Assembly: GCA_965215335.1 (NCBI GenBank)
Contig: CBDCDA010000002.1
Span: 800,001 to 864,000 of the forward strand
Source: an uncultured Candidatus Entotheonella sp.
GTDB taxonomy: Bacteria > Tectomicrobia > Entotheonellia > Entotheonellales > Entotheonellaceae
DNA: 64,000 nt
Reading direction: 5' to 3'
The notes under the pieces were generated by a model. The model did no database searches. It had not been told where the DNA came from and saw only the letters and a list, made by a program, of their open reading frames with translations. Below, in pieces: positions 10,883 through 21,968 of this stretch. The position numbers were made by a program, and so were the translations under genes. The number at the start of each line of letters is the position of its first letter. Position 1 is the first letter of the stretch.

Positions 10883-12013
10883 ATGTCCCTACGTGCCATC
10901 CTATCGAATTATGGGTTCATCTTCCAACGAGAGCTTTTCCCTGCACTCAAAGAAGAACTGGGTCCCTTGGGGGACCGCTACTCGTCCTTGATCACCGTGC
11001 TTGAGTTCGTACAGATTGAGAGACTGCTGCCGTATGTCCGGGGCCTGCCGGGACGTCCGCAGGAAGACCGGGCAACGCTGGCGCGGGCGTTCATGGCCAA
11101 GGCGTTGTTCGCTATTCCAACCACCCGGGCGCTTGTCGAACGGCTTGCTATCGACCGCCCGCTGCGTCGTCTGTGTGGCTGGACCACACCTGGCGAGGTG
11201 CCCAGCGAGGCGACGTTCTCGCGTGCCTTTGGCGCCTTCGCCGACAGCGCCTTGCCGAGCCGCCTGCACGAGGCGCTGATCAACAACACCCTGCAGGACC
11301 GTCTCGTCGGTCACGTCTCGCGTGATTCGACGGCCATCGAGGGGCGTGAGAAACCAACGCCGAAGAAGAAATTGGCCAAGCCCAAGCGGGGGCGCGGTCG
11401 TCCACGCAAGGGTGAGGAACGACCGAAGCAACCTCGCCGACTGCAACGCCAGCCGTTGATGACCCTGAGCGAGATGCTCGCCGACCTGCCACGCGACCCT
11501 GACGTCGGCGTCAAGCAAAACGCCAAGGGACACCATGAATCCTGGGTCGGCTACAAGTTGCATATCGATGTGGCGGACGGTGGGATTCCGATCAGTTGTC
11601 TGCTGACCTCGGCCTCCCTGCATGACAGCCAGGCAGCGATTCCCTTGGCTACCCTGACGGCGGCGCGGGTCACCAATCTGTACGACCTGATGGACTCGGC
11701 CCATGATGCGCCCGAAATCAGGACCTGCAGCGCGTCACTCGGGCACGTAGTGATCATTGACGTCAATCCCCGCTGCGTCGCGCGCAAGCTGGCCTTGAAA
11801 ACGGAGGCACGGGCGCAGCGCACCGTCGGCCACTTGTCGGCCGAGAAATTGCGCTACCGCGAACGCTCGACGGTTGAACGGGTCAACAGCCGTCTCAAGG
11901 ACGACTTCGGTGGTCGCCAAGTACGGGTGCGCGGTCCTGCCAAGGTGCTGTGCCACCTGATGTTTGGCCTGTTGGCACTGACGGTGGAGCAGTTGCTACG
12001 CCTGCTTCCCTGA
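10883..12013 (+). CDS. DDE transposase (IS1182/IS5-like)
   Basis: VPSEATFSRAF, SRDSTAI, WVGYKLH, LMDSAHD, RSTVERVNSRLK; RBS upstream of ATG. Confidence 0.88.
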   Translation: MSLRAILSNYGFIFQRELFPALKEELGPLGDRYSSLITVLEFVQIERLLPYVRGLPGRPQEDRATLARAFMAKALFAIPTTRALVERLAIDRPLRRLCGWTTPGEVPSEATFSRAFGAFADSALPSRLHEALINNTLQDRLVGHVSRDSTAIEGREKPTPKKKLAKPKRGRGRPRKGEERPKQPRRLQRQPLMTLSEMLADLPRDPDVGVKQNAKGHHESWVGYKLHIDVADGGIPISCLLTSASLHDSQAAIPLATLTAARVTNLYDLMDSAHDAPEIRTCSASLGHVVIIDVNPRCVARKLALKTEARAQRTVGHLSAEKLRYRERSTVERVNSRLKDDFGGRQVRVRGPAKVLCHLMFGLLALTVEQLLRLLP

Positions 12014-12243
12014 TTCCAGGAGGGTGTGCGCTCATGGCAGGACAGGAGAGGACAGGCCTGTCCGCGTGCTACAAAAGGGACGCCCCATCGTCTTCGAGAG
12101 CCGGGCAATACGTGGCGGCGCAGTTGTCCTGACGGCGCATCCGACGTCGAAACGTCCCCACCTCTCGACGGCCGCGAATTTTGCTCTCGACGATCCAGAG
12201 TTTTGCAAGTGGCTCACCCGTCACCAATTCTGAAGCACGTCGC

Positions 12244-13734
12244 TCACAACCTTTCTTCCGAAAGCATCTCGGCGAATAACGCCGCCGTCCACTCCGGGGC
12301 GTCGAGGTGCCGTTGCAACAGGTCGTTCACGGATTCGCCCAGGGCGCTGGACCAGTAGTGGCGCAGCCAGGCGCCGCTGTCGGGGTTGCGGAACCAATCG
12401 GCGGCGAACTGCTGGCGTAGGGTGTCCATGAGAGCGCAGGTCAGGCTTTGGCTCCACAGGGCGGTGAGCGATTCGTAGTGCCAGTCGACGTCGAGAAGGT
12501 AGTACGCCGGCGCATAATCGACGCAGCAGGCTTCCATCATCAGGTCGCGGTAGGTGTCGGCGGCGCCGGCCAGGGAATCGGTAGTGTATAGGTGGCGGGT
12601 GAACAGGAACCGGCCCAACTGCCGGCGCAGGCGGTAAAGACGGTCGAGGCGGCGCCACAGCCGGTAATTTTCGTCAACGTGCACGGACAGGTAGTGCCGC
12701 AGCCAATCGGGATGGGCCACCAGTTCGGCCAGCAGGCCGGCGTTGCTGTCGGCGATGGCCGGGTCGGCGAGGAGACGGTGGACCAGCGGCAGGTCCGGGT
12801 AGGTGTGGGCCCACAACAGCGTGCGGCCCAAGGCGCTGGCCCAGAGGCCGGCGCTCTTGAGACTGCTGATGGGCGGGTAGGCGAGGAAGACCGCGTCGGG
12901 AATGTGAGGGGCGAGGGCCTCCGATGGGCCGAAGTGGGCGGGGCGTTCGCGCCAGGTCAGGCGGCCACCGGCGTTCGGGTCCAGCCCCATGTGCCGGCAG
13001 CAGGCTTGCATGGCAGGCACCAGCGCGCCCGGCTGGTAATACTGCTGGTACTCGGCGAAGGTGAACAGCGCCAGTACGTCGTGCCGCCGCAACTGGCTGA
13101 ACGGCAGGTGCAGGCGCTGCTTGACCGCCCAAGCGAGCAGGTCGACGTACATCTCGCGGGTTGCGTCCAGGACCTCGGTTGCCGTTTCCTGCTGCGCGGC
13201 GGCGTCAATGTCCGCGATGCGATACCACAGACCGTCCGGGGAATCGAAACCGAGGTCGGCGCCGGTGCGCCGGTGCGCTTCGAAGTATGCCTCAAAGGAT
13301 TCATTGACCGCGCCAAGCTGCGCCACAACGGCCGCTTCGATGGCTGCCCGCTGGTCGCGCCGGCGTTCGGCGGCCATGTGGGCAAAGGCGTGGCGCAGCG
13401 GGATAGCTTCTTCATCAACGTAACAGGTAGCGCCTTGTAGTCGGGATTGCGCGGCGTGCCAAGCCGGCCGCAGCCTTTGTTGCACGTGCATGCCGAGTCC
13501 CCAGGCGGTGAGGCGCCGCATGGCGGGACGCAGCGCTTCCGGGGCGTTGGCGCCGAGGTTGGCAAAAGCCCGGAGGGCGGGAACCGTGCAGACGGGTTCC
13601 GTCTGCACCATCGCCTCGGCCAGTCTGGCGTCCCGCACCCTGCCGGGCGGGGTGTCAAGGTGGGCCAAGGCAACGTTACGGTGGTAAGTCTTGCAGGCGT
13701 CGAGAAGCTGTTCCGGGCTGCCGGTGGAGGCCAT
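12244..13734 (-). CDS. M3/oligoendopeptidase-like protein lacking HEXXH
   Basis: 496-aa ORF. Segments HTYPDLPLVHRLLAD, HPDWLRHYL and FAADWFRNPDSGAWLRHYWS recall M3-like proteins. Confidence 0.55.
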   Translation of the reverse strand: MASTGSPEQLLDACKTYHRNVALAHLDTPPGRVRDARLAEAMVQTEPVCTVPALRAFANLGANAPEALRPAMRRLTAWGLGMHVQQRLRPAWHAAQSRLQGATCYVDEEAIPLRHAFAHMAAERRRDQRAAIEAAVVAQLGAVNESFEAYFEAHRRTGADLGFDSPDGLWYRIADIDAAAQQETATEVLDATREMYVDLLAWAVKQRLHLPFSQLRRHDVLALFTFAEYQQYYQPGALVPAMQACCRHMGLDPNAGGRLTWRERPAHFGPSEALAPHIPDAVFLAYPPISSLKSAGLWASALGRTLLWAHTYPDLPLVHRLLADPAIADSNAGLLAELVAHPDWLRHYLSVHVDENYRLWRRLDRLYRLRRQLGRFLFTRHLYTTDSLAGAADTYRDLMMEACCVDYAPAYYLLDVDWHYESLTALWSQSLTCALMDTLRQQFAADWFRNPDSGAWLRHYWSSALGESVNDLLQRHLDAPEWTAALFAEMLSEERL

Positions 13735-13756
13735 AGGCGGTTTGCGGCCCCCCGTC

Positions 13757-14038
13757 TTACCTGCGGCCGCCGGCGATCGCGGGGATGATGGCGACCTCAT
13801 CGCCGTCCCGCACAGCCGTGTTCGCACCGTCCATGAAACGGATGTCTTCGTCATTCAGATAAAGGTTGATGAACTTGCGGATGGCGCCGCTGTCGTCGCA
13901 CAGGCGCTCGCGAATGCCGGGAAACCGCGCGTCGAGTTCACCCACCACGCCGTCAATGGTGGTGCCGCCGACTTCGACTTCGCTCCGGTTCTGCGTAAAT
14001 TTCTGCAGCGGGGTAGGGATGCGTACTACGACAGGCAT
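13757..14038 (-). CDS. MoaD/ThiS/CysO-like ubiquitin-fold sulfur carrier
   Basis: VRIPTPL..FPGIRERL..INLYLNDEDIRF..GDEVAIIPAIAGG-RR; RBS AGGAG. Confidence 0.9.
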   Translation of the reverse strand: MPVVVRIPTPLQKFTQNRSEVEVGGTTIDGVVGELDARFPGIRERLCDDSGAIRKFINLYLNDEDIRFMDGANTAVRDGDEVAIIPAIAGGRR

Positions 14039-14153
14039 ATCGACTCCTTCCTGACACGATTGGCACATCGGAGGCTTCCGGCAAGCCACGAAACGTGCAC
14101 ATTTCGCCGGTGGCCGCGAGTCCGTATTCGTGCGGGACGACCGGCGGCTCGGG

Positions 14154-16088
14154 CTAGAAAACATATTGCGGATTCACCACCAAATCGCCGTCGCGCAGCA
14201 GTTGCTGATACTGCGCGGCGAGGAATTCCCGAAACGCCTGGACCAATTGGTTTTGCTTCTGAGCAAGCAGCTGCCGGCGGTAATCCGGCAAGCCCGCCTT
14301 GAAGGTGCTCATGTCGGCGTCGCGGTACTCGATGACCTGAACCACGTAGGTGCGGTCGCCCTCGCCGACCGCTTCGGACTCGCCGGGTTGCAGCTGAAAC
14401 GCCGAGCGGCGGAACGCGCTCAGGTAGCCGAGACCGGGAACCGGCTCGTTGCGCCTGAACCAGCCGGTCTCGGCTACCTGCAACGCCAAAACGCCGGCCA
14501 GTTCTGCCAGCGATGCGCCGTCATTCAACTGCGTCATCCAGTCGTCGCCTTTCTCTGAAGCCAGGTCGGCGCCCTTGCTGTCGCGCGCGTCCTGCGCGAC
14601 GCGCGTCACGATGTCCGCCAGCGGCGGCACCGTGTCCGGTCGGGTCTCGGCGACCTGGAAGATATAGTGGTTGCCGTTCGTGCCGATCACCGCATCGACG
14701 GCCTGGCCGCGCAGCGCGAAGGCCCGACCGATGAGTTGCGGGGCGCCAGCCAGTTCCTCGATGAACCCGGCGGCCTCGACGAAGGGCGTCATTGCCACTT
14801 CCAGGCCATTCTGGGCCGCCAGTTCCGCGAACCGCTCCGGCGCCTCATCCATTGCGACCACGAGGTCGTCCACGAAGACCAGGGCGGCTTCCCGGGCCTT
14901 CTGCTCCTGGAGGGCGTCGATGACTTCCTGGCTCGCCTCCGCGAGCGGCTTGGGGCCGGCTTCCATCCGCTCCTCGAGGAGCAGGATGTGGAAGCCTAAC
15001 GCGGTACGCACCAGGTCGCTGAGTTCCCCAACGGGCAGCGCAAAAGCGGCATCTTCAAGCGGTGGCACCATCTGGCCGCGCGGGAAGAAACCGAGATCAC
15101 CGCCCGCCTCGGCGGTGCCTTCGTCCTCCGAATGTTCGGCGGCCGCAGCCGCAAAATCAGCGCCGCCGCGCAACTCGTCGAGCACGCCCTGGGCGAGACT
15201 GCGCACCCGTTCCTCGCGCTCCGCAGAGGCATTCTCGGGCAGCCTGAACAGAATATGCCGGGCACGCGCCTCCTCTCGCCGGACAAAGGCCTCCGGGTGG
15301 CTGTCATAATACGCGCTGACTTCGTCGTCGGAGAATTCTCGCGCCACCTGAAAGGGCTCTGCGGTCACGACAAGGTAGCGAATCTGCCGCCGCTCGGGCT
15401 CGCGGTAGGATTCCTTGTGCGTATCGTAGTAAGTCCGTACCTCCTCGTCACCGACGACCGCTTCGTCCTCGAACAGGCTCGGAACGAGCGTGACGTAGCG
15501 CACGTTCACCTGCTGGTGCTCGTGACGGTAGGCCCGTTCGGCTTCGGTATCGGTCACTTGAGCGCCCTGCTGCACCATGGCATAAACCTTGGCCTGCATC
15601 AGACTGCGGCGCTGTTCATCCTCGAATTGTTGTACGGATACGGGGGGCACCACGCTTGCCAGAGCGGTGCGGTAACGGCTGGAATCGAATTGCCCCGGCG
15701 GGTTTTGAAAACCGGGCTGGCGGGTGATGTGGTCATAGAGCTCGGCGTCGGTAACCACCAGGTCGTTTTCTTCGGCCATGCGTAAGAGCAGGGCGCGGCT
15801 GACGATCTGCTCAAGGGCCATCTGACGGAAGTTGAAGTGCTCGCGCAGGTCCACGTCGGGCTGGTTGTCGAAGACCTGCCGGTATTGCCGATACAAGGTG
15901 TTTTGTGTGCGCTGGAATTCAGCCGCCTCGATCCCCTGGCCCCACAGCGTGGCCACTTCCGTGCGCGTCGGGCCGGAGCTGGACTGCACGCCCCAGGAAT
16001 AGAAAATAGTTACCACAAAGGCAAGGACGACAGCCCACAACACGCCCTTGATCATCCATGCCTGAGCCTCGCGCATCTGTTTCAACAT
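14154..16088 (-). CDS. ppiD: PpiD-like periplasmic chaperone / peptidyl-prolyl isomerase
   Basis: N-terminal TM anchor, SurA-N region, parvulin motif ARHIL..HSED..GGDLGFF..GFHI. Confidence 0.9.
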   Translation of the reverse strand: MLKQMREAQAWMIKGVLWAVVLAFVVTIFYSWGVQSSSGPTRTEVATLWGQGIEAAEFQRTQNTLYRQYRQVFDNQPDVDLREHFNFRQMALEQIVSRALLLRMAEENDLVVTDAELYDHITRQPGFQNPPGQFDSSRYRTALASVVPPVSVQQFEDEQRRSLMQAKVYAMVQQGAQVTDTEAERAYRHEHQQVNVRYVTLVPSLFEDEAVVGDEEVRTYYDTHKESYREPERRQIRYLVVTAEPFQVAREFSDDEVSAYYDSHPEAFVRREEARARHILFRLPENASAEREERVRSLAQGVLDELRGGADFAAAAAEHSEDEGTAEAGGDLGFFPRGQMVPPLEDAAFALPVGELSDLVRTALGFHILLLEERMEAGPKPLAEASQEVIDALQEQKAREAALVFVDDLVVAMDEAPERFAELAAQNGLEVAMTPFVEAAGFIEELAGAPQLIGRAFALRGQAVDAVIGTNGNHYIFQVAETRPDTVPPLADIVTRVAQDARDSKGADLASEKGDDWMTQLNDGASLAELAGVLALQVAETGWFRRNEPVPGLGYLSAFRRSAFQLQPGESEAVGEGDRTYVVQVIEYRDADMSTFKAGLPDYRRQLLAQKQNQLVQAFREFLAAQYQQLLRDGDLVVNPQYVF

Positions 16089-16256
16089 CGGGGTCCCCTT
16101 GCGTATCGGCCGAGCATCGCGGCCTTCTTGCCGTGCCGTTGTTGCCGATTTTGTTTCTCGTTATAGTGAAGCACCTTGGGCAGGGGTTCCGCCAAGCAGG
16201 CTTGGACACCGGAACCGTGACTATAGCGTAAACACCAGCGAGTTGTAAACGCCGCC

Positions 16257-17387
16257 ATGACCGCCACGATTTCCCCCGCTGCCGCATCCTGGCTGGCTCT
16301 CAACATGGTATGCGACAACTGGCCAGCCGTGCGCGGGCAGATCGCCCGGCACACGGCGACACCGGACGCCCTGTCGCGGTTGCAGCGTCACGGCGTGCCG
16401 GAACTGGAGCGGGTGGTTCCCGGCCTCGGCGACAAGCTGGCCGCGGTACGCCAGGGTGTGGCGTTCGCGCAGGAATGCGAACGCCTGGAGGCCAACTGGG
16501 CGCAGCTCGTCACCTTTGCCGACGTGTCATACCCCGACCTGCTGCGCTGGCTGCCGGAGCCGCCGCCGGCGCTGTACGTGCGCGGCGAGTTGCTGCCCGA
16601 GGACAGGCTTGCCATCGCAGTAGTCGGGTCGCGCCGCCCGAGCCGCTACGGCCAGTTGATGGCCAGGCGCTTCGGCGTTGAGCTGGCGGAGCACGGCTTC
16701 ACGGTCGTCAGCGGTCTGGCGCGCGGGATTGACAGCTTGGCGCACCAGGGAGCGCTGCAAGCCGGCGGCAGGACCCTTGCCGTACTCGGCTGCGGTGTCA
16801 ATCGCATTTACCCCGCCGAGCATCGCCGCTTGTACGATGCCATTCGCGGCCAGGGCGCCGTGGTGTCGGAGTTTTCCTTCGACACCAAACCCGACCGCTG
16901 GAATTTCCCGCGCCGCAACCGTATCATCAGCGGCCTGTCGCTAGGCGTTCTCGTGGTCGAAGCCCCCGACCGCAGTGGCTCGCTGCATACCGCGCACCAC
17001 GCCGTCGAACAGGGCCGCGAGGTGTTCGCGGTGCCGGGTCGCATCGACGCTGAAAGCAGTCGTGGCACGCATCGCCTGATCCAAGGGGGCGCCAAGCTGG
17101 TGACCGGTATCGGCGATATTCTGGACGAACTGCCCGAGGCGGTGCGAACCTCGGCCCTGCAGCAGCACGCTGCGGCACAGGCGTCGGCCGAGGAAGAGCC
17201 GCCAGATCTGTCGCCGCAGGAAGTGCGGGTTCTTGGGCTGCTCAGCGGCGAGGAGAGTCACATCGAAACGGTGATTCACGCCAGCCAATTGCCAGCCCAC
17301 GTTGTCGCCAGTATATTAGCCACCCTTGAGTTGCGAGGCATGGTGCGGCAGTTCCCCGGCAAATTCTTCGTACGAAGTCGATCCTGA
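16257..17387 (+). CDS. dprA: DNA processing protein DprA
   Basis: AVVGSR, VVSGLARGID, FPRRNRIISGLS, GREVFAVPG. Confidence 0.96.
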   Translation: MTATISPAAASWLALNMVCDNWPAVRGQIARHTATPDALSRLQRHGVPELERVVPGLGDKLAAVRQGVAFAQECERLEANWAQLVTFADVSYPDLLRWLPEPPPALYVRGELLPEDRLAIAVVGSRRPSRYGQLMARRFGVELAEHGFTVVSGLARGIDSLAHQGALQAGGRTLAVLGCGVNRIYPAEHRRLYDAIRGQGAVVSEFSFDTKPDRWNFPRRNRIISGLSLGVLVVEAPDRSGSLHTAHHAVEQGREVFAVPGRIDAESSRGTHRLIQGGAKLVTGIGDILDELPEAVRTSALQQHAAAQASAEEEPPDLSPQEVRVLGLLSGEESHIETVIHASQLPAHVVASILATLELRGMVRQFPGKFFVRSRS

Positions 17388-17429
17388 AACCTTAGAACGA
17401 CCCCGGCACGTGGGGAGTGATGACCGATC

Positions 17430-19712
17430 ATGGCAAAATCCCTGATTATTGTTGAATCCCCGGCGAAAGCACGAACGATCAAGAAATATCTGGGTCCCGA
17501 CTACACGGTGAAGGCATCGGTGGGACACGTGAAGGACCTGCCCAAGCGGCGCCTGGGCATCGACATGGCGCGCAATTTCACACCGGAGTACGTCACCATT
17601 CAGGGTAAGAAGCAGGTGTTGCGGGAACTGCGGTCGGAGGCCAAAAAGGCGGCACGGGTGTTCCTGGCGCCGGACCCGGACCGTGAAGGCGAGGCGATTG
17701 CCTGGCACATTGCCAGTGAGTTGCATCAGACGCCCCCGGGTCAGGTGTACCGCGTGCTGTTGAACGAGATCACCCGCAAGGGCGTGTCCGAGGCACTGCA
17801 AAATCCCGGGCGCATCGACGAGCACAAGGTATCGGCGCAGCAGGCGCGCCGTCTGCTCGATCGGCTGGTCGGCTACAAAATCAGTCCGCTGCTGTGGCAG
17901 AACGTTCAGGGCGGCTTGAGTGCCGGGCGGGTGCAGTCGGTGGCGCTGCGCATCATCTGTGACCGTGAACAGGCCATCAAGGCGTTCGTGCCGCGCGAGT
18001 ACTGGAGCATCAGGGCCACCATGGCGGCGGACCCGGAGAAGCCGTTCAAGGCATACCTGCACGCCATCAAGGGCAAGAAGGCGAACATCGCCACCGGGGA
18101 AGAGGCCGAGCGTATCCTGGCTGGCCTGCGCGGCGCGCGTTACGTGGTTACCAGAGTCCGAAAAACCGCCCGACGGCGTCAGCCTGCCCCACCCTTTACC
18201 ACCAGCACCCTGCAGCAGGAGGCAGTCCGCAAGCTGCGCTTCACCGCCCGGCGCACCATGGGAGTGGCGCAGCGGCTGTACGAGGGTCTGCCCATCGGCG
18301 ATGCCGGCGAAACCGGCCTGATTACCTACATGCGGACCGATTCGACGCGGCTGGCCGACGATGCGGTGCAGGAGGCGCAGACCTACATTGCCGAGCATTA
18401 TGGCAAGGACTATGTGGCGGCCAAGCCGCGCAAGCATCGCCAGCAGAAGGGGGCGCAGGAGGCGCACGAGGCGATCCGGCCCACGTCGGTACTGCGCTCG
18501 CCGGACAATCTCAAGCCGCACCTGTCCGCCGAGCAGCTCGCCCTCTACAGGCTGATCTGGAACCGGCTGGTGGCCAGCCAGATGAGCGCGGCGGTCATCG
18601 ACCAGACGCGGGTTGACATGGAAGCGGCGCCGTATACGTTCCGCGCCACTGGCGCGGTGATGCGGTTCGCGGGCTTCACGGTGCTGTACGAGGAATCGCG
18701 GGCCGAGTCCACTGCCGACGGCGACGAGGACGGCCACAACCCGACGTTGCCGCCGCTGCAGGAGGGCCAGCAGGTGGAGGCCCGCGAACTGGTGCCCAAT
18801 CAGCATTTCACGCAGCCGCCGCCGCGCTACACCGAGGCTTCCTTGGTCAGCGAGCTGGAAAAGCTCGGCATCGGGCGGCCCAGTACCTACGCTTCCATCC
18901 TCAGCACTCTGCGCGACCGGCAGTACGTGGAGGACCAGGAGCGCAAGCTCGTGCCCACCGAGCTCGGTATCACCATCACCGGCCTGTTGGTCGAGAATTT
19001 TCCCGACTTGCTGAACGTGCAGTTCACCGCGCAGTTGGAGGACAAGCTCGATCAGATCGAAGCGGGCCGGGACGATTGGGTGGACACCCTGCACGGCTTC
19101 TACGACTCGTTCGAGGTGGATCTGCAACGCGCCACGCAGAAGATGCGCGCCATCAAGAAGGAAGTCGAAGAGACGGATGAGGTGTGCGACAAATGCGGCA
19201 GTGGTATGGTGATTCGCCGGGGACGATTCGGGCGCTTCATGGCCTGCTCGTCGTATCCGACGTGCAAGAACACCGCGGAATTGCCATCGTCCACGAACGG
19301 CGCCGCACAGACCACCCGACAGCCGCAGACCGAGACATTGTGCGACAAGTGCGGCAAGCCGATGGCCGTGCGTCGGGGACGGTTCGGGGAGTTTCTGGCG
19401 TGCACCGGCTATCCCGAGTGCAAGACGACGCGCCCGCTCGCCGGGGTGGTCATGGATTGTCCCGAAGATGGCTGCGGTGGCGTCATCGTGCAGCGGCGCT
19501 CGCGGCGTGGGCGTGTTTTCTTCGGCTGTAACAACTACCCGAAGTGCACGTTCGCCACCTGGCAGCCCCCGGTGCCGCAGCCCTGTGCACAGTGTGCCGC
19601 GCCGTATCTCCTCGAAAAGCGCACCAAGAAGGGTGTCATCCTGCGTTGCCCGCGGTGCGTTACCGAAACGGCTGCCGCGTCCGCGGCAGAACCGCAAGCA
19701 GTTTTGCCATGA
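17430..19712 (+). CDS. topA: DNA topoisomerase I
   Basis: IVESPAK, DPDREGEAI, SAGRVQS, LITYMRTDS, C-terminal zinc ribbons. Confidence 0.98.
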   Translation: MAKSLIIVESPAKARTIKKYLGPDYTVKASVGHVKDLPKRRLGIDMARNFTPEYVTIQGKKQVLRELRSEAKKAARVFLAPDPDREGEAIAWHIASELHQTPPGQVYRVLLNEITRKGVSEALQNPGRIDEHKVSAQQARRLLDRLVGYKISPLLWQNVQGGLSAGRVQSVALRIICDREQAIKAFVPREYWSIRATMAADPEKPFKAYLHAIKGKKANIATGEEAERILAGLRGARYVVTRVRKTARRRQPAPPFTTSTLQQEAVRKLRFTARRTMGVAQRLYEGLPIGDAGETGLITYMRTDSTRLADDAVQEAQTYIAEHYGKDYVAAKPRKHRQQKGAQEAHEAIRPTSVLRSPDNLKPHLSAEQLALYRLIWNRLVASQMSAAVIDQTRVDMEAAPYTFRATGAVMRFAGFTVLYEESRAESTADGDEDGHNPTLPPLQEGQQVEARELVPNQHFTQPPPRYTEASLVSELEKLGIGRPSTYASILSTLRDRQYVEDQERKLVPTELGITITGLLVENFPDLLNVQFTAQLEDKLDQIEAGRDDWVDTLHGFYDSFEVDLQRATQKMRAIKKEVEETDEVCDKCGSGMVIRRGRFGRFMACSSYPTCKNTAELPSSTNGAAQTTRQPQTETLCDKCGKPMAVRRGRFGEFLACTGYPECKTTRPLAGVVMDCPEDGCGGVIVQRRSRRGRVFFGCNNYPKCTFATWQPPVPQPCAQCAAPYLLEKRTKKGVILRCPRCVTETAAASAAEPQAVLP

Positions 19713-21022
19713 ATGCCCGCCCAGTCGCGGTGATTGGTGGCGGCCTGGCCGGCGCCGAGGCGGCTTTCCAGATCGCCGCTCGCGGGGTGCCCGTCCGGCT
19801 TTACGAAATGCGCCCCGAAACGCCCACCCGCGTGCACCGCTCCGACCTCCTCGGCGAGCTGGTGTGCAGCAATTCCCTCAAAGCGGATACCCTGTCATCG
19901 GCGCACGGCCTGCTGAAAGCCGAAATGCGGCAGCTTGACTCCCTGGTGCTGCGTGCCGCCGATGCCTGTCGCGTGCCAGCGGGGTCGGCGCTGGCGGTCG
20001 ACCGGGAACAGTTTGCGCGCTATCTCACCGATGCCGTCTGCCGCCATCCCGGCATCGCATTGATCCGCGAAGAGGTGACGGCCTTACCGTCGGACGGCCA
20101 TACCATTGTCGCCAGCGGTCCCCTGACCTCCGAAGCGCTGACTGCCGATATCCAGCGCCGCGTGGGGGCTGAGCATCTGTACTTTTATGACGCCCTGTCG
20201 CCCATCGTGGCCGCCGATTCGATCGATTACGCCAAGACCTTCTTCGCCTCGCGCTACGACCGCGGCGACGGCAAGGATTACGTCAACTGCGCCCTGGACC
20301 GCGACCTGTACGAGCAACTCTGCGAGGCCCTGTGCGATGCCGATCGCGTGGCGCTGCACGCGGTGGAGCGGGAGTTGTTTTTCGAGGGCTGCCTGCCGGT
20401 CGAAGAAATGGCGCGCCGCGGTCCGCAGACCCTGGTCTTCGGGCCGCTCAAGCCGGTTGGTCTGACGCTGCCGGGCCGGCCGCAGCCCTACGCCGTGGTG
20501 CAGCTTCGCCTCGAGGACCGCCTGCGCAGCGCCTACAACATGGTGGGCTTTCAAACACGCCTGAAGTACGGCGAGCAACGCCGCATTTTCCGCATGGTCC
20601 CCGGCCTGGAGCAGGCGGTGTTCCTGCGTCTGGGATCGGTGCACCGCAATACCTTCCTCAACGCGCCGCGCCTGCTGCTCCCGACGCTGCAGACGAAGCG
20701 CGACCCGGACCTGCTGTTTGCTGGGCAGATAACCGGGGTGGAAGGGTACGTGGAATCGGCGGCGACCGGCCTGCTGGCCGGTCTCAATGCGGTCGCCCTG
20801 TACCGTGGTGACGCGCCGGCTGTGCCGCCCCCGACCTCGGCGCACGGGGCCCTGGTGCACTACATCTCCGGGGCGTGCCCCGACACCTTTCAGCCGATGA
20901 ACATCAACTTTGGGCTGTTGCCCGCTTTGCAAACCCCGGTGAGCCGCAAGCGGCTGCGGCGCGAGGCCATGATCGACCGCGCCCTGACAGATTTGCGGGA
21001 CTGGCGGCAGAAGGTGGCATGA
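19709..21022 (+). CDS. trmFO: tRNA (uracil-5-)-methyltransferase TrmFO
   Basis: GGGLAG, ELVCSNS, FAGQITGVEGY, FQPMNINFGL; ATGA overlap with topA. Confidence 0.96.
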   Translation: MNARPVAVIGGGLAGAEAAFQIAARGVPVRLYEMRPETPTRVHRSDLLGELVCSNSLKADTLSSAHGLLKAEMRQLDSLVLRAADACRVPAGSALAVDREQFARYLTDAVCRHPGIALIREEVTALPSDGHTIVASGPLTSEALTADIQRRVGAEHLYFYDALSPIVAADSIDYAKTFFASRYDRGDGKDYVNCALDRDLYEQLCEALCDADRVALHAVERELFFEGCLPVEEMARRGPQTLVFGPLKPVGLTLPGRPQPYAVVQLRLEDRLRSAYNMVGFQTRLKYGEQRRIFRMVPGLEQAVFLRLGSVHRNTFLNAPRLLLPTLQTKRDPDLLFAGQITGVEGYVESAATGLLAGLNAVALYRGDAPAVPPPTSAHGALVHYISGACPDTFQPMNINFGLLPALQTPVSRKRLRREAMIDRALTDLRDWRQKVA

Positions 21023-21026
21023 CGCC

Positions 21027-21968
21027 ATGCAGACTTACCTGGACGTTTTCCAAACCCACCTTGTGAACGAGCGACATGTGTCCCCCCACACCGTGCGCAA
21101 CTACCTGAGCGACCTGCGGCAATTTCTGGAGGTCATGACGGCGGCGAGGGGGGAGGACGCGGCGTCGCTCAGCCACCCCGATCAGATCAATGCCGGCATG
21201 ATTCGGGCGCATCTCAAGGTCCTGTATCAGCGAGGTGTTGAAGCAAGGACGCTGGGGCGCAAGCTGGCGAGCCTGCGCAGTTTTCTGCAGTTGATGGAGC
21301 GCCGCGGGCACGTCAATACCAACGTCGCACGCGCTGTTCGTACACCCAAGGCGCCACGTCCACTGCCCAACACGCTGCCGATCGATCACGTCTTCGCGCT
21401 GCTCGACGCGCCGCAAGGTCCCGGCCCCAATGCAGCCGTTCCATGGCTGCGACAGCGCGATCAGGCCATCCTGGAGCTGTTCTACGCCAGCGGCGTTCGC
21501 GTCAGCGAATTGGCGGCCCTCGACGTGCGGAGCGTCAATCTGGCGGCGGGCGTTATGCGGGTGCTCGGCAAGGGCAACCGCGAGCGCCAGGTCTTCTTCG
21601 GCAAGACCGCCGCACAGGCCCTGCGGGACTACTTCGAAGCGCGAGAAATCGGCGGCCTCGGTCAGTCCGAACCGGCGCTTTTTCTCAACCGCCACGGCCA
21701 CCGGCTCAGCGCCCGCGGCGTGCAGTTACTCATCAAAAAACACTGCCGCCGTACCGGCATCTCCACGCGTACCAGCCCGCACACCTTGCGGCACGCCTTT
21801 GCCACGCATTTGCTGGACAACGGCGCGGACCTGCGCAGCATCCAGGAACTGCTGGGGCACCAGCAGCTTTCCACCACGCAGAAGTACACCCATGTGAGCG
21901 TCGACCGCATGCTCGACGTGTACGATCAAGCGCACCCACGCGCACGGCGGCCGCAGGGGAACACATGA
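21027..21968 (+). CDS. xerC: Tyrosine recombinase XerC
   Basis: [38 protein letters not shown]; conserved position between trmFO and hslV. Confidence 0.93.
   Translation: MQTYLDVFQTHLVNERHVSPHTVRNYLSDLRQFLEVMTAARGEDAASLSHPDQINAGMIRAHLKVLYQRGVEARTLGRKLASLRSFLQLMERRGHVNTNVARAVRTPKAPRPLPNTLPIDHVFALLDAPQGPGPNAAVPWLRQRDQAILELFYASGVRVSELAALDVRSVNLAAGVMRVLGKGNRERQVFFGKTAAQALRDYFEAREIGGLGQSEPALFLNRHGHRLSARGVQLLIKKHCRRTGISTRTSPHTLRHAFATHLLDNGADLRSIQELLGHQQLSTTQKYTHVSVDRMLDVYDQAHPRARRPQGNT

Larger units (their letters stand above)
9208..12215 (+). mobile_element. IS1182/IS5-like element interrupted by IS66
   Basis: Imperfect TIRs GAGCCTTTTGCAAAA (9208) / TTTTGCAAGTGGCTC (12215) enclose the transposase 10883-12013. 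Confidence 0.75.

Noticed and set aside
17316..19697. Long antisense ORFs (793 aa opposite topA, 586 aa opposite oppB, 515 aa opposite ubiA and others)
   Set aside because: Typical high-GC shadow frames with no recognisable motifs.
21027..21968. Tyrosine recombinase as shufflon invertase for the array
   Set aside because: It is XerC in its conserved context. All array modules are direct repeats with no inverted recombination sites seen.
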